Notes under the pieces: model-generated
What the model was told of the DNA's origin: nothing
Seen by the model: the letters and a program-made list of their open reading frames with translations, nothing else
Database searches by the model: none
Made by a program: the position numbers and the translations under genes
Shown here: positions 24,771 through 34,639 of the stretch, one piece after another
Numbering within the stretch: the stretch's first letter is position 1
Layout: each line of letters opens with the position of its first letter
Assembly (NCBI GenBank): GCA_040905865.1
Contig: JBBDQU010000083.1
Coordinates: 1,539 to 65,538 of the forward strand
DNA length: 64,000 nt
Source: Alphaproteobacteria bacterium
Lineage (GTDB): Bacteria; Pseudomonadota; Alphaproteobacteria; UBA8366; GCA-2717185
Direction of reading: 5' to 3'

Positions 24771-25961
24771 TCAGATTCGTGGGCCGCGCCCCAGCGACTC
24801 GATGGCGGCGCAGAAGCGGTCCACTTCCGCATCCGTATTATAGTAATGCACCGAGGCGCGGACGACCGTTTCCAGGCCCCGTTCGGTCATGTCCAGCAGG
24901 GTCGAGCCGCGGCTGGAGACCGTGACGTTGATGCGTTGCGCCGCCAAGGCCTGTTTGACGGCCTCGGCTTCGTGTGTCTCCATCGTGAAACTGACGATGC
25001 CGCATTTCTCCCGGCCCTTGTCGCGTAGAACGGCGTCGGGGATCGCCGAAAGGCCCGCCCGCAGGCGCGTTGCCCGCGCGTATATTGCGTCGCGGATCGC
25101 CGGCAGACCCAGCGCCAGCGCATAGTCGATCGCCGCGCCGAGGCCGAGCCGTCCGGCGACATATGACTCCCAGTTCTCGAAGCGGCGCGCATCCGGCCGG
25201 ATCGCGTAACTGTCCGGGCCCGTCCATTCCGCGGCATGCAGGTCGAGAAAGGGTGGTTCCAGCCTGTCGATCCAGTTGCGCCGGACCCATAGAAACCCGG
25301 TCCCGCGAGGGCCGCGCAGATATTTGCGGCCGGTCGCTGACAGCATATCGCAGCCGATTTCATCCACATTGACGGGAATCTGCCCGATCGACTGGCAGGC
25401 ATCCAGCAGAAAGGGAATGCCATGCGCCCGGGCGACCCTGCCGACATCCGCCGCCGGGTTCACCAGCCCTCCGTTGGTCGGGATATGGGTAATCGCGATC
25501 AGTTTTGTCCGCGCGTCGACAAGGCTTTCCAGCGCGTCTATCGATATCTGCCCGTCCGCATCGTCCGGGACGGGGACGATTTCGGCGCCGTGCCGCCTGG
25601 CAACCTGCAGATAGGCGATATAATTGGATACATATTCGGACTGCGCTGTCAGGATTCGGTCTCCCGGTTTCCAGTCGAATCCGTAGAACGCCATATCCCA
25701 GGCCCGGGTCGCATTTTCGATGAAGGCGATTTCATCCGCCGCGCCGCCAACCAGCCGTGCCGCCGACACGTAGGCCCGGGACAGGGCGTCCCGCGCTTCC
25801 GACGCCGCCTCGTAAGCGCCGGTGGCGGCTTCGCGCCGCAAATGGCCGATCACCGTCTCCAGCACCGGAGCCGGTGAAAGTGCGGCGCCGGCATTGTTGA
25901 AATGCAGGACGGATTCGCATCCCGGCGTATCCGTGCGGGCGCGGTGGATATCGACTGGCAT
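24771..25961 (-). CDS. class V aminotransferase (cysteine desulfurase / isopenicillin-N epimerase-like, PLP-dependent)
   Basis: 396 aa. It contains ...LLDACQSIGQIPVNVDEIGCDMLSATGRKYLRGPRGTGFLWV..., with the PLP lysine in SATGRKYL. Confidence 0.88.
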   Translation of the reverse strand: MPVDIHRARTDTPGCESVLHFNNAGAALSPAPVLETVIGHLRREAATGAYEAASEARDALSRAYVSAARLVGGAADEIAFIENATRAWDMAFYGFDWKPGDRILTAQSEYVSNYIAYLQVARRHGAEIVPVPDDADGQISIDALESLVDARTKLIAITHIPTNGGLVNPAADVGRVARAHGIPFLLDACQSIGQIPVNVDEIGCDMLSATGRKYLRGPRGTGFLWVRRNWIDRLEPPFLDLHAAEWTGPDSYAIRPDARRFENWESYVAGRLGLGAAIDYALALGLPAIRDAIYARATRLRAGLSAIPDAVLRDKGREKCGIVSFTMETHEAEAVKQALAAQRINVTVSSRGSTLLDMTERGLETVVRASVHYYNTDAEVDRFCAAIESLGRGPRI

Positions 25962-25970
25962 GGCGTATCG

Positions 25971-27125
25971 TTATCCGGCAGCGGGTTTGGATTCAAGGAC
26001 GGATGCCGGAAACCGGATGGTGATCTTCGTACCCATTCCGGGCGTGCTGTCGATCAGGACTTCGGCATTGTGCATTTCCGCCAGCGACTTCACCAGCGGC
26101 AGCCCGAGGCCCGCGCCATTCGCCTGGGAGGGTCTGCCGGTTTCGATCTGCACGAACGGTGTGAATATCCGTTGCAGGTCCGGCTCCGCGATGCCGATAC
26201 CGGTATCGGTGACGGAAAGATCGAGGCCGCCGGATTGATTGCAGGTCGCGCGGACGGTGATGCAGCCGCCGGGATCGGTAAATTTCACCGCGTTCGACAG
26301 CAGGTTCAGGATGATCTGCTTGATGCTGCGTTCCTCGCCGTTCAGCAGCGGCAGGTCGTCATCCGGTTCGAGCCGGAGCGCCAGACCGGCGCTTTCGGCG
26401 CGGCGCTCGATCATGCGGGTCGCGGAGACAATGGTATTGGCGATGTCCATGACTTCCGGCTGCAGGTCGCGGCGGCCGACTTCGAGTTTGGACAGGTCCA
26501 GTATATCTTCGATGATCGCCAGCAGGTGCCTTCCGCTGTCGTGGATGTCGGTGACGAAGTCCTGATAGCGCGGACTGCCCAGCGGGCCGAACAACTCGTC
26601 ACGCAATACCTCCGCAAAGCCGATGACCGCGTTCAGCGGGGTCCGCAGTTCGTGGGTCATATTAGCCAGAAATTGCGATTTTGCCCGGTCGGCCAGCAGG
26701 GCCATGTCGCGGGCGTTGACCAGCGTGCCCTCGGACTGTTTCAGGTCGGTAATGTCGGTCAACTGAACGATTGTGCATCCGTTCACGTCGCGCTGGACGC
26801 CAACCCGAAGCCACCGCGACCTGATCTTGTGATCCGATCTGCCCTCCCCGCCACTGTCGAGATTTGGAAACGTCTTCGCCAGTCCGGTCAGGGTGGCTGG
26901 CAATCCGTTCGTCGCCGGCAGGTCGAGCAGGCGTCGGGCCGCGTCATTGCCGTATTCCAGGACGCCGTCCGGACTGAAAATCAGGACACCTGTGGTCAGT
27001 ATCCCGAGCGCCGCTTCGGCCTGCCGGGCGGGGCTCTCGACGGCCTGTTCCTTGTTGTCGGGCATCGGGGAATCGTCCAGAATATGCCTGCTTCGGAAAC
27101 TGGCTTCCGATCCGGGTATGAACAA
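25971..27125 (-). CDS. soluble PAS-domain sensor histidine kinase
   Basis: 384 aa (the start could be the internal MPDNKEQ...). H-box MTHELRTPLNAVIGFAEVL, N-box IILNLLSNAVKFT, G-boxes DTGIGI and GLGLPLV. It has no TM segment. Confidence 0.9.
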   Translation of the reverse strand: MFIPGSEASFRSRHILDDSPMPDNKEQAVESPARQAEAALGILTTGVLIFSPDGVLEYGNDAARRLLDLPATNGLPATLTGLAKTFPNLDSGGEGRSDHKIRSRWLRVGVQRDVNGCTIVQLTDITDLKQSEGTLVNARDMALLADRAKSQFLANMTHELRTPLNAVIGFAEVLRDELFGPLGSPRYQDFVTDIHDSGRHLLAIIEDILDLSKLEVGRRDLQPEVMDIANTIVSATRMIERRAESAGLALRLEPDDDLPLLNGEERSIKQIILNLLSNAVKFTDPGGCITVRATCNQSGGLDLSVTDTGIGIAEPDLQRIFTPFVQIETGRPSQANGAGLGLPLVKSLAEMHNAEVLIDSTPGMGTKITIRFPASVLESKPAAG

Positions 27126-27212
27126 AATACCGTGCGAGATTAGACAGTTTGCCCGGAAATGTATACGCGAAGCGCCGAAACGTCTGTCGGTGTCCCTTCC
27201 GTAGCGACGGCG

Positions 27213-28004
27213 CTACCGGGGACTGAAAGCCCGGGCGCGGGCATCCCTTGCAACCTGCTGCCAGGCGCGATAGCTGCGCGGCGGCCACACGATGTTTTGC
27301 GGCAGCGCCGATGGCGGGGACGGTACGGCATTGTTCGCGCTTTCGGCGTTATTCCGGGAGGCGATCCGCTGCGCCTGCCGCGCTTCGGCGAGCTGCCGGT
27401 TTTTCGCCAGTTGTATCCGGCGGTCCCGCGCGCGGATGTCCCGCCAGGCGCTGTATACTTTCTTGCCGTAATACGCCTGTCGTTCCGCATCGGACGAATG
27501 ATAGAAGCGTACGGCCCGCGACCAGGACCGCCGGCTCAAACGAAGTTCGTTCAGGAACGTCGCGGCATAGGCCACATTGCTGGCGGGTTCGAATGCCTCA
27601 TGCAGCGAATCGAACGCGTCCGGATGGTACCCCATGTTGATCTGCATGCAGCCGATATCGATATTGGTCACGCCGGCGCGGCGCAGCGCCTCGACCGCCT
27701 GAATGGCGCTCTGCCGGTCCGGATAGAATTTTCCTTCCCCCTGCGCCATTACCGTCCAGGGCCAGGCAAAGTTTTCCTGTGTTTCCGGGTCCCACCGTCC
27801 TGATTCGGTGGTGGCGATGGCGTAAAGCAGGCGCGAGGGGATATTGTGGTGCCGTTCTTCGTCCCGTGTCGCCTGGTCGCAAAGCGCACTGTCGTCGCCG
27901 GCTGCGGGGGCGGCGCCCGGCAGAATCAGGAGAATTGCCACCATGGCGGCGCCGGCCATCTGCCGGAAACGGATATTTGCGGGGTATTGATTTGACTGTT
28001 TCAT
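27213..28004 (-). CDS. lytic transglycosylase (SLT domain), secreted
   Basis: 263 aa. Signal peptide ...AMVAILLILPGAAPAAG. SLT core ...LLYAIATTESGRWDP... and ...NIDIGCMQINMGYHPDAF... Confidence 0.88.
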   Translation of the reverse strand: MKQSNQYPANIRFRQMAGAAMVAILLILPGAAPAAGDDSALCDQATRDEERHHNIPSRLLYAIATTESGRWDPETQENFAWPWTVMAQGEGKFYPDRQSAIQAVEALRRAGVTNIDIGCMQINMGYHPDAFDSLHEAFEPASNVAYAATFLNELRLSRRSWSRAVRFYHSSDAERQAYYGKKVYSAWRDIRARDRRIQLAKNRQLAEARQAQRIASRNNAESANNAVPSPPSALPQNIVWPPRSYRAWQQVARDARARAFSPR

Positions 28005-28180
28005 GGCCTCCGTTACCTAGCAAATGCCGTGCCATGGAACATCCGGCCCGCCCAGGTGTCCGGAAGGATAAATTTCGCCGTTAACGCCTTTTATTTACGA
28101 ATTGGCAATTGATCCTTCTGTATCAGAATACTTTCGGACCGTTGCGCAGCAGCGCCTGCGGGGCAGAAAGAGCGAACGGG

Positions 28181-28570
28181 ATGACAGCAGACCCAGACAA
28201 GCCGGCGGCCCGTATTCTGATAGCGGAAGACGACGACGCCATGCGCATGTTCCTGATGAGCGCGTTGAGCCGGGCCGGGCACGACGTCAGCGCCCTGCCC
28301 AGTGGCGAATCCGCGGTGACCTGCGCGGAACTGGGCAGCTACGACCTGCTGCTGACCGATATCGATATGCCGGGCATGAATGGCGTCGAACTGGCGCGCC
28401 TGATGATGGCGGATTCGCCGAAACTGCAGGTGATGTTCGTCACCGGATACGCCGATACGGCGTTACAGGCGACCGATGTCATTTCACGGGGCGCCCGGGT
28501 GCTGTCCAAACCGTTTGCCCTTTCGGAACTCGTCAGCCGTGTCCGGAAGATGATCGCGGCGACGGCATGA
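28181..28570 (+). CDS. cpdR: single-domain response regulator (CheY-like receiver), CpdR-like
   Basis: Start at MTADPDKPAARILIAEDDDAMRMFLMSALSRAGHDV...YDLLLTDIDMPGMNGVELARLMMADSPKLQVMFVTGYAD... It has no output domain, and the layout matches alphaproteobacterial CpdR. Confidence 0.7.
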   Translation: MTADPDKPAARILIAEDDDAMRMFLMSALSRAGHDVSALPSGESAVTCAELGSYDLLLTDIDMPGMNGVELARLMMADSPKLQVMFVTGYADTALQATDVISRGARVLSKPFALSELVSRVRKMIAATA

Positions 28571-28629
28571 AAATCGGGCACGGGAACACTTGCAATCGCG
28601 GTCTAAATCGATATAACCGCATCAGGATC

Positions 28630-28704
28630 GGGCGCGTAGCTCAGCGGGAGAGCACTACGGTGACATCGTAGGGGTCGAAGGTTCAATCCCTTCCGCGCCC
28701 ACCA
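28630..28704 (+). tRNA. tRNA-Val (anticodon GAC)
   Basis: Hand-folded cloverleaf. Acceptor gggcgcg/cgcgccc, D-arm gctc-agcggga-gagc, anticodon arm ctacg-gtGACat-cgtag, 5-nt variable loop, T-arm gaagg-ttcaatc-ccttc, discriminator A and an encoded CCA. Confidence 0.93.
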
Positions 28705-28709
28705 TTCAA

Positions 28710-28740
28710 CCCCTTGGTTTTCCGAGGGGGTTTTCTTTTT
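28710..28740 (+). terminator. intrinsic terminator downstream of tRNA-Val
   Basis: Stem ccccttgg / ccgagggg with loop tttt, followed by ttttcttttt. Confidence 0.7.
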
Positions 28741-29078
28741 CCATCATTGATACTATGGGCTGTTCTATTCAGGGCCCCGATGGGGCACTAATAGTGCAGA
28801 ATTTTCTGCCCTATTCTGGCCAGAGCGGGGATTTGCGTCACGGATAACGTTCCGTTCTGCCGCGAGTCGTGAGCGAGGTTTAGTGTCCACTTCGGATGTT
28901 CAAGAAGAACTTACACCAAGGGTCGTTCCAAGAGGCCGATATAACGGCGGACAATGGGCATCGCGCGGGATACGACGATGAATGAACGGACCCGCTTGCC
29001 GCAACGGTCCCAGCGCTGCAATGATGGCCCCGGGCGGTCCGCGCGCCAGACCGAGAGTCCATTGGAGCATCAAGAAAC

Positions 29079-29714
29079 ATGAAGGTTGCGACGAACAGAA
29101 CGCTGAAAATGTGGGGCCATCGCGGGTCGAGTTGCTGCCAGAAGGTGCTGTGGAGTGCCGCCGAGCTGGGGCTGAATGTTGCGCTTACCGATACCGGCGG
29201 CGGCTATGGCGGTCTGGGAACGCCGGAATACATCGCACGTAACCCGAACCGGGTGGTACCGACCATCGACGATGACGGCTTTGTGCTGTGGGAATCCTCG
29301 GCCATCTTGCTTTATCTCGCAACTGCCTACGGTCGCGGTACGCTGGAACCGGACGATGCCCGCAGCCGCGGCGAGGCCTATCGCTGGACGGTATGGCAGG
29401 ACAGCACGCTGCGACCGAAGCTGTTGCCGCTGAACCATTCCTGGATCGTGGTAGAGAACCCTATGCACCGGCATCTCGACGAACTGGAGGAGAAGCGCAA
29501 GGCAATGCTGCCGACATGGATGATCCTGGAGAAGCATCTCGCCGGACGCGACTTTGTGGCCGGTGACCGGTTTTCCTTCGGCGACATTGCGACCGGCGTC
29601 ATGGCGTTCTGGTGGTACCGCATGCCAATCGACCCTTTTGATCTTCCGAATATCGAAGCCTGGTATGCTCGCCTGAACGAGCGCCCCGCCTTCCGCGCGC
29701 AAGTGTTGCGGTAG
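29079..29714 (+). CDS. glutathione S-transferase
   Basis: 211 aa (alternative start at MWGHRG..., 29109). It contains ...SSCCQKVLWSAAELGL..., ...NPNRVVPTIDDDGFVLWESSAILLYLA... and a C-terminal helical domain ...GDRFSFGDIATG... Confidence 0.88.
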   Translation: MKVATNRTLKMWGHRGSSCCQKVLWSAAELGLNVALTDTGGGYGGLGTPEYIARNPNRVVPTIDDDGFVLWESSAILLYLATAYGRGTLEPDDARSRGEAYRWTVWQDSTLRPKLLPLNHSWIVVENPMHRHLDELEEKRKAMLPTWMILEKHLAGRDFVAGDRFSFGDIATGVMAFWWYRMPIDPFDLPNIEAWYARLNERPAFRAQVLR

Positions 29715-29916
29715 CGGTGATCCCATGCAGGTGCGCCCGGTAGAATCAGCCATTGCGCCCCAAGCGTGAACGGGCCTGCCGGCCTCAGCCAATCAGGCCG
29801 ACGGGTCTTGCACCGACGACAACTGGAGCAGTTGCATGATTGCCGCGAAATTATTCGATAAGCAGCCAGGTGTCTGTGCCAAATACCGGTGCGAGACGGC
29901 TCGCATTCGGGGATAG

Positions 29917-30176
29917 GCCAAACTGCCTTTAGCCAACGCGGCGCTGTCTTCGCTGGATGAGGACTTTGCGGCGCTCTACCCACGCCGGTTTGGCCGGCCC
30001 TCGGTCCCGCCGGAGCGGTTGCTGCGGGCGATGCTGTTGCAGGCGTTCTACGGCATCCGTTCGGAGCGCCAGTTGATGGAGCGTATCGAGTTCGACCTTC
30101 TGTTCCGCTGGTTTGTCGGATTGGGTGTCGATGAGGCCGTCTGGGACCATTCGAGTTTCAGCACGAACCGGGACCG
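29917..30176 (+). pseudogene. IS5/IS1182-family transposase, N-terminal (DUF772) fragment
   Basis: The in-frame stretch ...LDEDFAALYPRRFGRPSVPPERLLRAMLLQAFYGIRSERQLMERIEFDLLFRWFVGLGVDEAVWDHSSFSTNRDR loses similarity after NRDR, 5 nt before the phnE stop. No DDE domain follows. Confidence 0.8.
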
Positions 30177-30181
30177 GCATG

Positions 30182-31057
30182 CTATTTTCCGAAGCCCGCC
30201 GTGTCGGAGCGGACGCCGATCAGGCGCTGGCGCAGCATTTTCGAGAGATGGTCGATTCCGGCGACTGTCACGAGAATGAGGATGAGGATGAAACTGGTCT
30301 CCTCCCACTGGTGCGCGCGGATGCGGTCGGAAAGCTGGAACCCGATTCCGCCCGCGCCGACGATGCCGAGGATGGTCGCGGAGCGGACGTTCGATTCGAA
30401 CATGTACAGCGCGCTCGACAGGAACATCGGCAGGACCTGCGGCAGAACCGCGAAGCGCAGCGTCTGAATCTGTCCCGCGCCGGCGGAGCGCACCCCGTCG
30501 AGAGGCTTCCTGTCGACGTTCTCGATGGATTCGGAGAACAGCTTGGAGAGCGTGCCGGTATCGGAAATGAAGATGGCCATGATACCCGCGAGCGGTCCGA
30601 GCCCGACCGCGCGTACGAAGATCAGCGCCCAGATGAGCTGGTCGACGCCGCGCAGGCTGTCCATGAAGCGGCGGACGCCGAACCGCGGCACGCGGAATGG
30701 AAACGTGTTCCGGGCGGCGAGAATGGACAGTGGCACCGCGACGATCGCCGCCAGCAGCGTTCCGATGAACGCCATGGCGAGCGTTTCAAGAAGCGCCCAG
30801 AAGATGTCACCGGGGGCATCGCCGATGCTGGGCGGGAACATCTGGACCACGACAGTACCGAGCCCGCTGGCCCCCTCTGCAAAGCGGGCGGGAGAAAAAT
30901 CGAAGAGAATCAGGCAATAGAGGGTTAGCGCCCCAAGGCCCAGCCAGATCGCGAAGCTGGTCGCGCGCTGCGAGGGAGACTGTGCGAAGGCGTCGGGAAG
31001 GCGTGACTGCTGGCGCGCGATATACCGTTCGTCGACGGTGTCCAGTCGCGGAATCAT
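30182..31057 (-). CDS. phnE: phosphonate ABC transporter permease
   Basis: Start at MIPRLDTVDERY... (ATGA overlap with the upstream gene at 31054-31057). It contains ...DSLRGVDQLIWALIFVRAVGLGPLAGIMAIFISDTGTLSKLFSESIENVD... Confidence 0.9.
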   Translation of the reverse strand: MIPRLDTVDERYIARQQSRLPDAFAQSPSQRATSFAIWLGLGALTLYCLILFDFSPARFAEGASGLGTVVVQMFPPSIGDAPGDIFWALLETLAMAFIGTLLAAIVAVPLSILAARNTFPFRVPRFGVRRFMDSLRGVDQLIWALIFVRAVGLGPLAGIMAIFISDTGTLSKLFSESIENVDRKPLDGVRSAGAGQIQTLRFAVLPQVLPMFLSSALYMFESNVRSATILGIVGAGGIGFQLSDRIRAHQWEETSFILILILVTVAGIDHLSKMLRQRLIGVRSDTAGFGK

Positions 31058-32001
31058 ATGAGGCTCTCCCTTCCGATAAGCCGGTGTCGCATCCTGCCGC
31101 AGCCGATGTCGATCAGCGTGACGACTGCGACGATCATGATCACGATCGCACTGATATCCTCGTAGTAGAGCGAGCGGACGGCGATGATCAGTTCGCTCCC
31201 GATCCCGCCGGCGCCGACGAATCCGAGTACAGCGGCCGTCCGCACATTGATCTCGAAGCGCCACAGCACGTAGGAGGCGTAGTTCGGCAGAACCTGGGGA
31301 AGGACGGCGAAGCGCATCGTCTGCACCCATCCAGCGCCGAGCGAGCGCAGCCCCTCGACCGGGCGCAGGTCGATGTTTTCATTGGCCTCGCTGAACAACT
31401 TAACGTGCGCGCCGAGCGAATGGATCGCCATCGCGAGGATGCCGGGCAGCGGCCCGAGACCAAAGGCGAAGACGAAGATGAGGGCGAACACCAGGTCGGG
31501 GATGGTGCGGCAGAACTCGCCGATGCGCCGTGCGAGAACGTAGCTCCAGCGGTTGGGCGCCAGATTGCGCGAGGCATGGAAGCAGAGAAACAATGCGCCG
31601 ACCGATCCCATCGTGGTCGCAATATAGGCCATCATTACGGTTTCGAGGAGCAGGGTCAGCCACTTCCCGATACCGTAAAACCAGACTGCGATATCCTCGC
31701 CCAGGCTTTCCCAGCGCAGTAGCGGCAGGGTGCGACCTACATATTCCGCGAGCTTGGGAGCGCCCTGGATGAGGGAGATCGGGTCGAACTGCCCGACATA
31801 GGCGGCGCCCGCGGCGACGACGGCGAATAGGATCCCGCCGACCGCGGTCTGGATGCGGCGCTGCCGGCGGAACTCCAGGTACTGGCGTTCGAACAGCGGC
31901 AGTGCGTCGCCGGATACTGAAATCATCCCTGTTGGGTCCTCTCCGTTCATTCGGTCTTGCAATAAGGTCGCCCTCCCACCTGCGGCGGGAGGGCGTGTCA
32001 C
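31054..32001 (-). CDS. phnE: phosphonate ABC transporter permease (second permease)
   Basis: 315 aa (GTG start in the track; internal ATGs are possible). It contains ...CRTIPDLVFALIFVFAFGLGPLPGILAMAIHSLGAHVKLFSEANENID... Confidence 0.9.
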   Translation of the reverse strand: MTRPPAAGGRATLLQDRMNGEDPTGMISVSGDALPLFERQYLEFRRQRRIQTAVGGILFAVVAAGAAYVGQFDPISLIQGAPKLAEYVGRTLPLLRWESLGEDIAVWFYGIGKWLTLLLETVMMAYIATTMGSVGALFLCFHASRNLAPNRWSYVLARRIGEFCRTIPDLVFALIFVFAFGLGPLPGILAMAIHSLGAHVKLFSEANENIDLRPVEGLRSLGAGWVQTMRFAVLPQVLPNYASYVLWRFEINVRTAAVLGFVGAGGIGSELIIAVRSLYYEDISAIVIMIVAVVTLIDIGCGRMRHRLIGRESLI

Positions 32002-32026
32002 GCGGTTTCGGAGAAATGCGTTCGAC

Positions 32027-32944
32027 CTAGTTGAGGCGGCGATTCGCCCGGTTGGCTTCGGCGATGGAGACGAAGGTTTTGTACATGTCGTGACCCACAG
32101 CCTCGAAACCGCTGGTCTTGCCCTGCGCGGCTGCCTCGGCCATTTCCATGTTCTCCTTCGTGAGCCCGACGAACATGTCCAGCAGGTCCTTCTTCATGTC
32201 CGCCGGAATGTTCTTCGGCACCGCCCAGAGAGGATTGGCGATCAGCGGCGATTCCCAGACGATCCGGACGTCCTCGAGCTTCAGCATCCCGCGGTCCATC
32301 ATGATGCGGAACTGGCCGGACTGGTGACCGGGAGAGGTCCACGTGAAGGCGGAATCGAAGTTGCCTTTCAGGACGCCGATCACGCTTTGCTCGTGACCGC
32401 CGGAAAACAGCGTCCGTCCGAAATATTTCTGCGGGTCGATGCCGGCGTCGCGCAACGACGCGTTCGGAACGAGGAAGCCCGACGTTGAGTTCGGATCCGC
32501 CCAGGCCAGCGTCTTGCCCTTCAGATCCTCGATCGACTTGTAGGGACTGTCGGACTTCACGATGAGTACGGAATGGTATCCCTTGCCGCCGTTCGGCTCT
32601 ACGTTCATCGCCAGCGGTTCGATCCCGCCGTCGCTGTCGATATAGCCGGCGGCGTAGGCAGCGCCGCCCATGCGGGCGAGATGGATGTGCCCGGCGGATA
32701 GCGCCTGCACGATCCCGGCATAGTCGGAGGCGGTGAACACCTCGACCTTCACATCGAACTTCTTCTCGAGATAGTCGGCGAACGGCTTGTAGCGCGTTAC
32801 CGTGGCGCCCTGGCTCTCGACGGTGACCGAGCCGAGCTTGATGGTCTTGTATTCCTTGCGCCAGTCGGCGGCGGCTCCGGTGGCGGTGGCCGCGGCAAGC
32901 AGGGCTGCGGCGGCGAGCGGTGCGAGTGTGCGTTTCAGCAACAT
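32027..32944 (-). CDS. phnD: phosphonate/phosphate ABC transporter substrate-binding protein
   Basis: 305 aa. Signal peptide MLLKRTLAPLAAAALLAAATATGAAA, then ...FTASDYAGIVQALSAGHIHLARMGGAAY..., ...[39 protein letters not shown]... Confidence 0.9.
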   Translation of the reverse strand: MLLKRTLAPLAAAALLAAATATGAAADWRKEYKTIKLGSVTVESQGATVTRYKPFADYLEKKFDVKVEVFTASDYAGIVQALSAGHIHLARMGGAAYAAGYIDSDGGIEPLAMNVEPNGGKGYHSVLIVKSDSPYKSIEDLKGKTLAWADPNSTSGFLVPNASLRDAGIDPQKYFGRTLFSGGHEQSVIGVLKGNFDSAFTWTSPGHQSGQFRIMMDRGMLKLEDVRIVWESPLIANPLWAVPKNIPADMKKDLLDMFVGLTKENMEMAEAAAQGKTSGFEAVGHDMYKTFVSIAEANRANRRLN

Positions 32945-32995
32945 GGCGTCTGGTTCTCCTGGTGGATTGAAGGCAGGGGTGACTGGTTTGCGGGG

Positions 32996-33826
<831 letters not shown>

Positions 33827-33916
33827 CCGGAGACCTCTCTGCAATCTGCCTGTTTCCCGGCAAGGCGACATTGCCGCCCAGCAGGATTTATTACTGAGAG
33901 TAAATGGCGGCTCCGT

Positions 33917-33956
33917 GTGACGGCACACTTACGGATGCGTGAACATTTTGTGAATA
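33917..33956 (-). promoter_or_regulatory. Pho-box-like array upstream of phnC (4 x 7-bp units, 4-bp spacers)
   Basis: The minus strand reads TATTCAC-aaaa-TGTTCAC-gcat-CCGTAAG-tgtg-CCGTCAC, with perfect 11-bp phasing. It lies 91-130 bp upstream of the ATG at 33826. Compare the E. coli consensus CTGTCAT-N4-CTGTCAT. Confidence 0.6.
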
Positions 33957-33989
33957 CGTATCCGTTACGCAGCAGGCGCTCGACGTTTC

Positions 33990-34190
33990 TCGGGCATTTG
34001 AAGGACCGAACGGTCGAACGGGAAACCCGGAAGGCGCAACTGGAACAGGCCGCGATCGCTCAACCCGACCCCGCCCCTGCGTATCCATCCCAACCTGCAT
34101 CGGATCTATGCGGCGAAGGTCGCGAAGCTGGAAAAAAGGGTGCTGTCAGACCAATGCGAACCAGTCTCCAAATTTGCGAGCGATGCCGGC
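33990..34190 (+). pseudogene. frameshifted remnant of a serine-recombinase-type gene (C-terminal region)
   Basis: Two adjacent frames read ...ERETRKAQLEQAAIAQPDPAPA and RIHPNLHRIYAAKVAKLEK..., like the ...HPNLAELYRxKVxxLxEAL... segment of large serine recombinases. There is no start and no catalytic domain. Confidence 0.4.
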
Positions 34191-34191
34191 A

Positions 34192-34596
34192 TTATGCCGC
34201 GAGTTGCCGCCATTCGGCCAGTACAGCGAAACGGCCCTGCTTATAGGTTTCGCGGGCAGTCAGGTGGCGCTCAAGGTTGAAGTGGTTGTGGATCGAGGCG
34301 TGGACGGCGGCTAATTTCTGCAGGGTCCTGATATCCCGGAACCGGGCCATGGCACCCTCCCGTCGTTGGAAAGGCTGGTGTGAATTCTCGGCCCGATTAT
34401 TGAGCCATCTGCCACATTCCTGGCGGCCTGAAACGCCGATGACTTTCATCGCCGCCCGGTACGATCGAAACCGGTCGGTTACAATTGCCTCGGGGCAACC
34501 GTATCGTTTCATCACCCGCTTCAGAAACTTGAGCGCAGCCAACCTTCGGTTTCTACGCCGTGTTGCGGCGTCCTTGGGGATAATTTGTTTCACCAT
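34192..34596 (-). pseudogene. IS6-family transposase, C-terminal fragment
   Basis: 134 aa: ...AIVTDRFRSYRAAMKVIG...WLNNRAENSHQPFQRREGAMARFRDIRTLQKLAAVHASIHNHF... (DDE third-residue region). The N-terminal HTH and the first DD residues are missing. Confidence 0.8.
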
Positions 34597-34639
34597 GGTG
34601 ACGGTGAAATTGCAACGCTACCAATGATCAACGCCGCGA

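Noticed and set aside
28060-28110. CtrA-box-like sequence (TTAACGCCTTTTATTTA) upstream of the CpdR-like gene.
   Set aside because: The second half-site is TATT rather than TTAA(C), which is two mismatches in a short motif in an AT-rich patch. The evidence is insufficient.
28880-29242. Small ORFs 28880..29080(-) and 28982..29242(+) downstream of the tRNA.
   Set aside because: They have no RBS, odd composition (Ser/Cys/Arg-rich) and overlap the GST start region. They are probably non-coding island border sequence.
34130-34195. Search for the second terminal inverted repeat of the IS6 remnant near the transposase stop.
   Set aside because: The only similar string (GGCATCGCTCGCAAAT on the minus strand, ~34162-34180) is in direct rather than inverted orientation relative to the putative left end. 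The right end is probably deleted.
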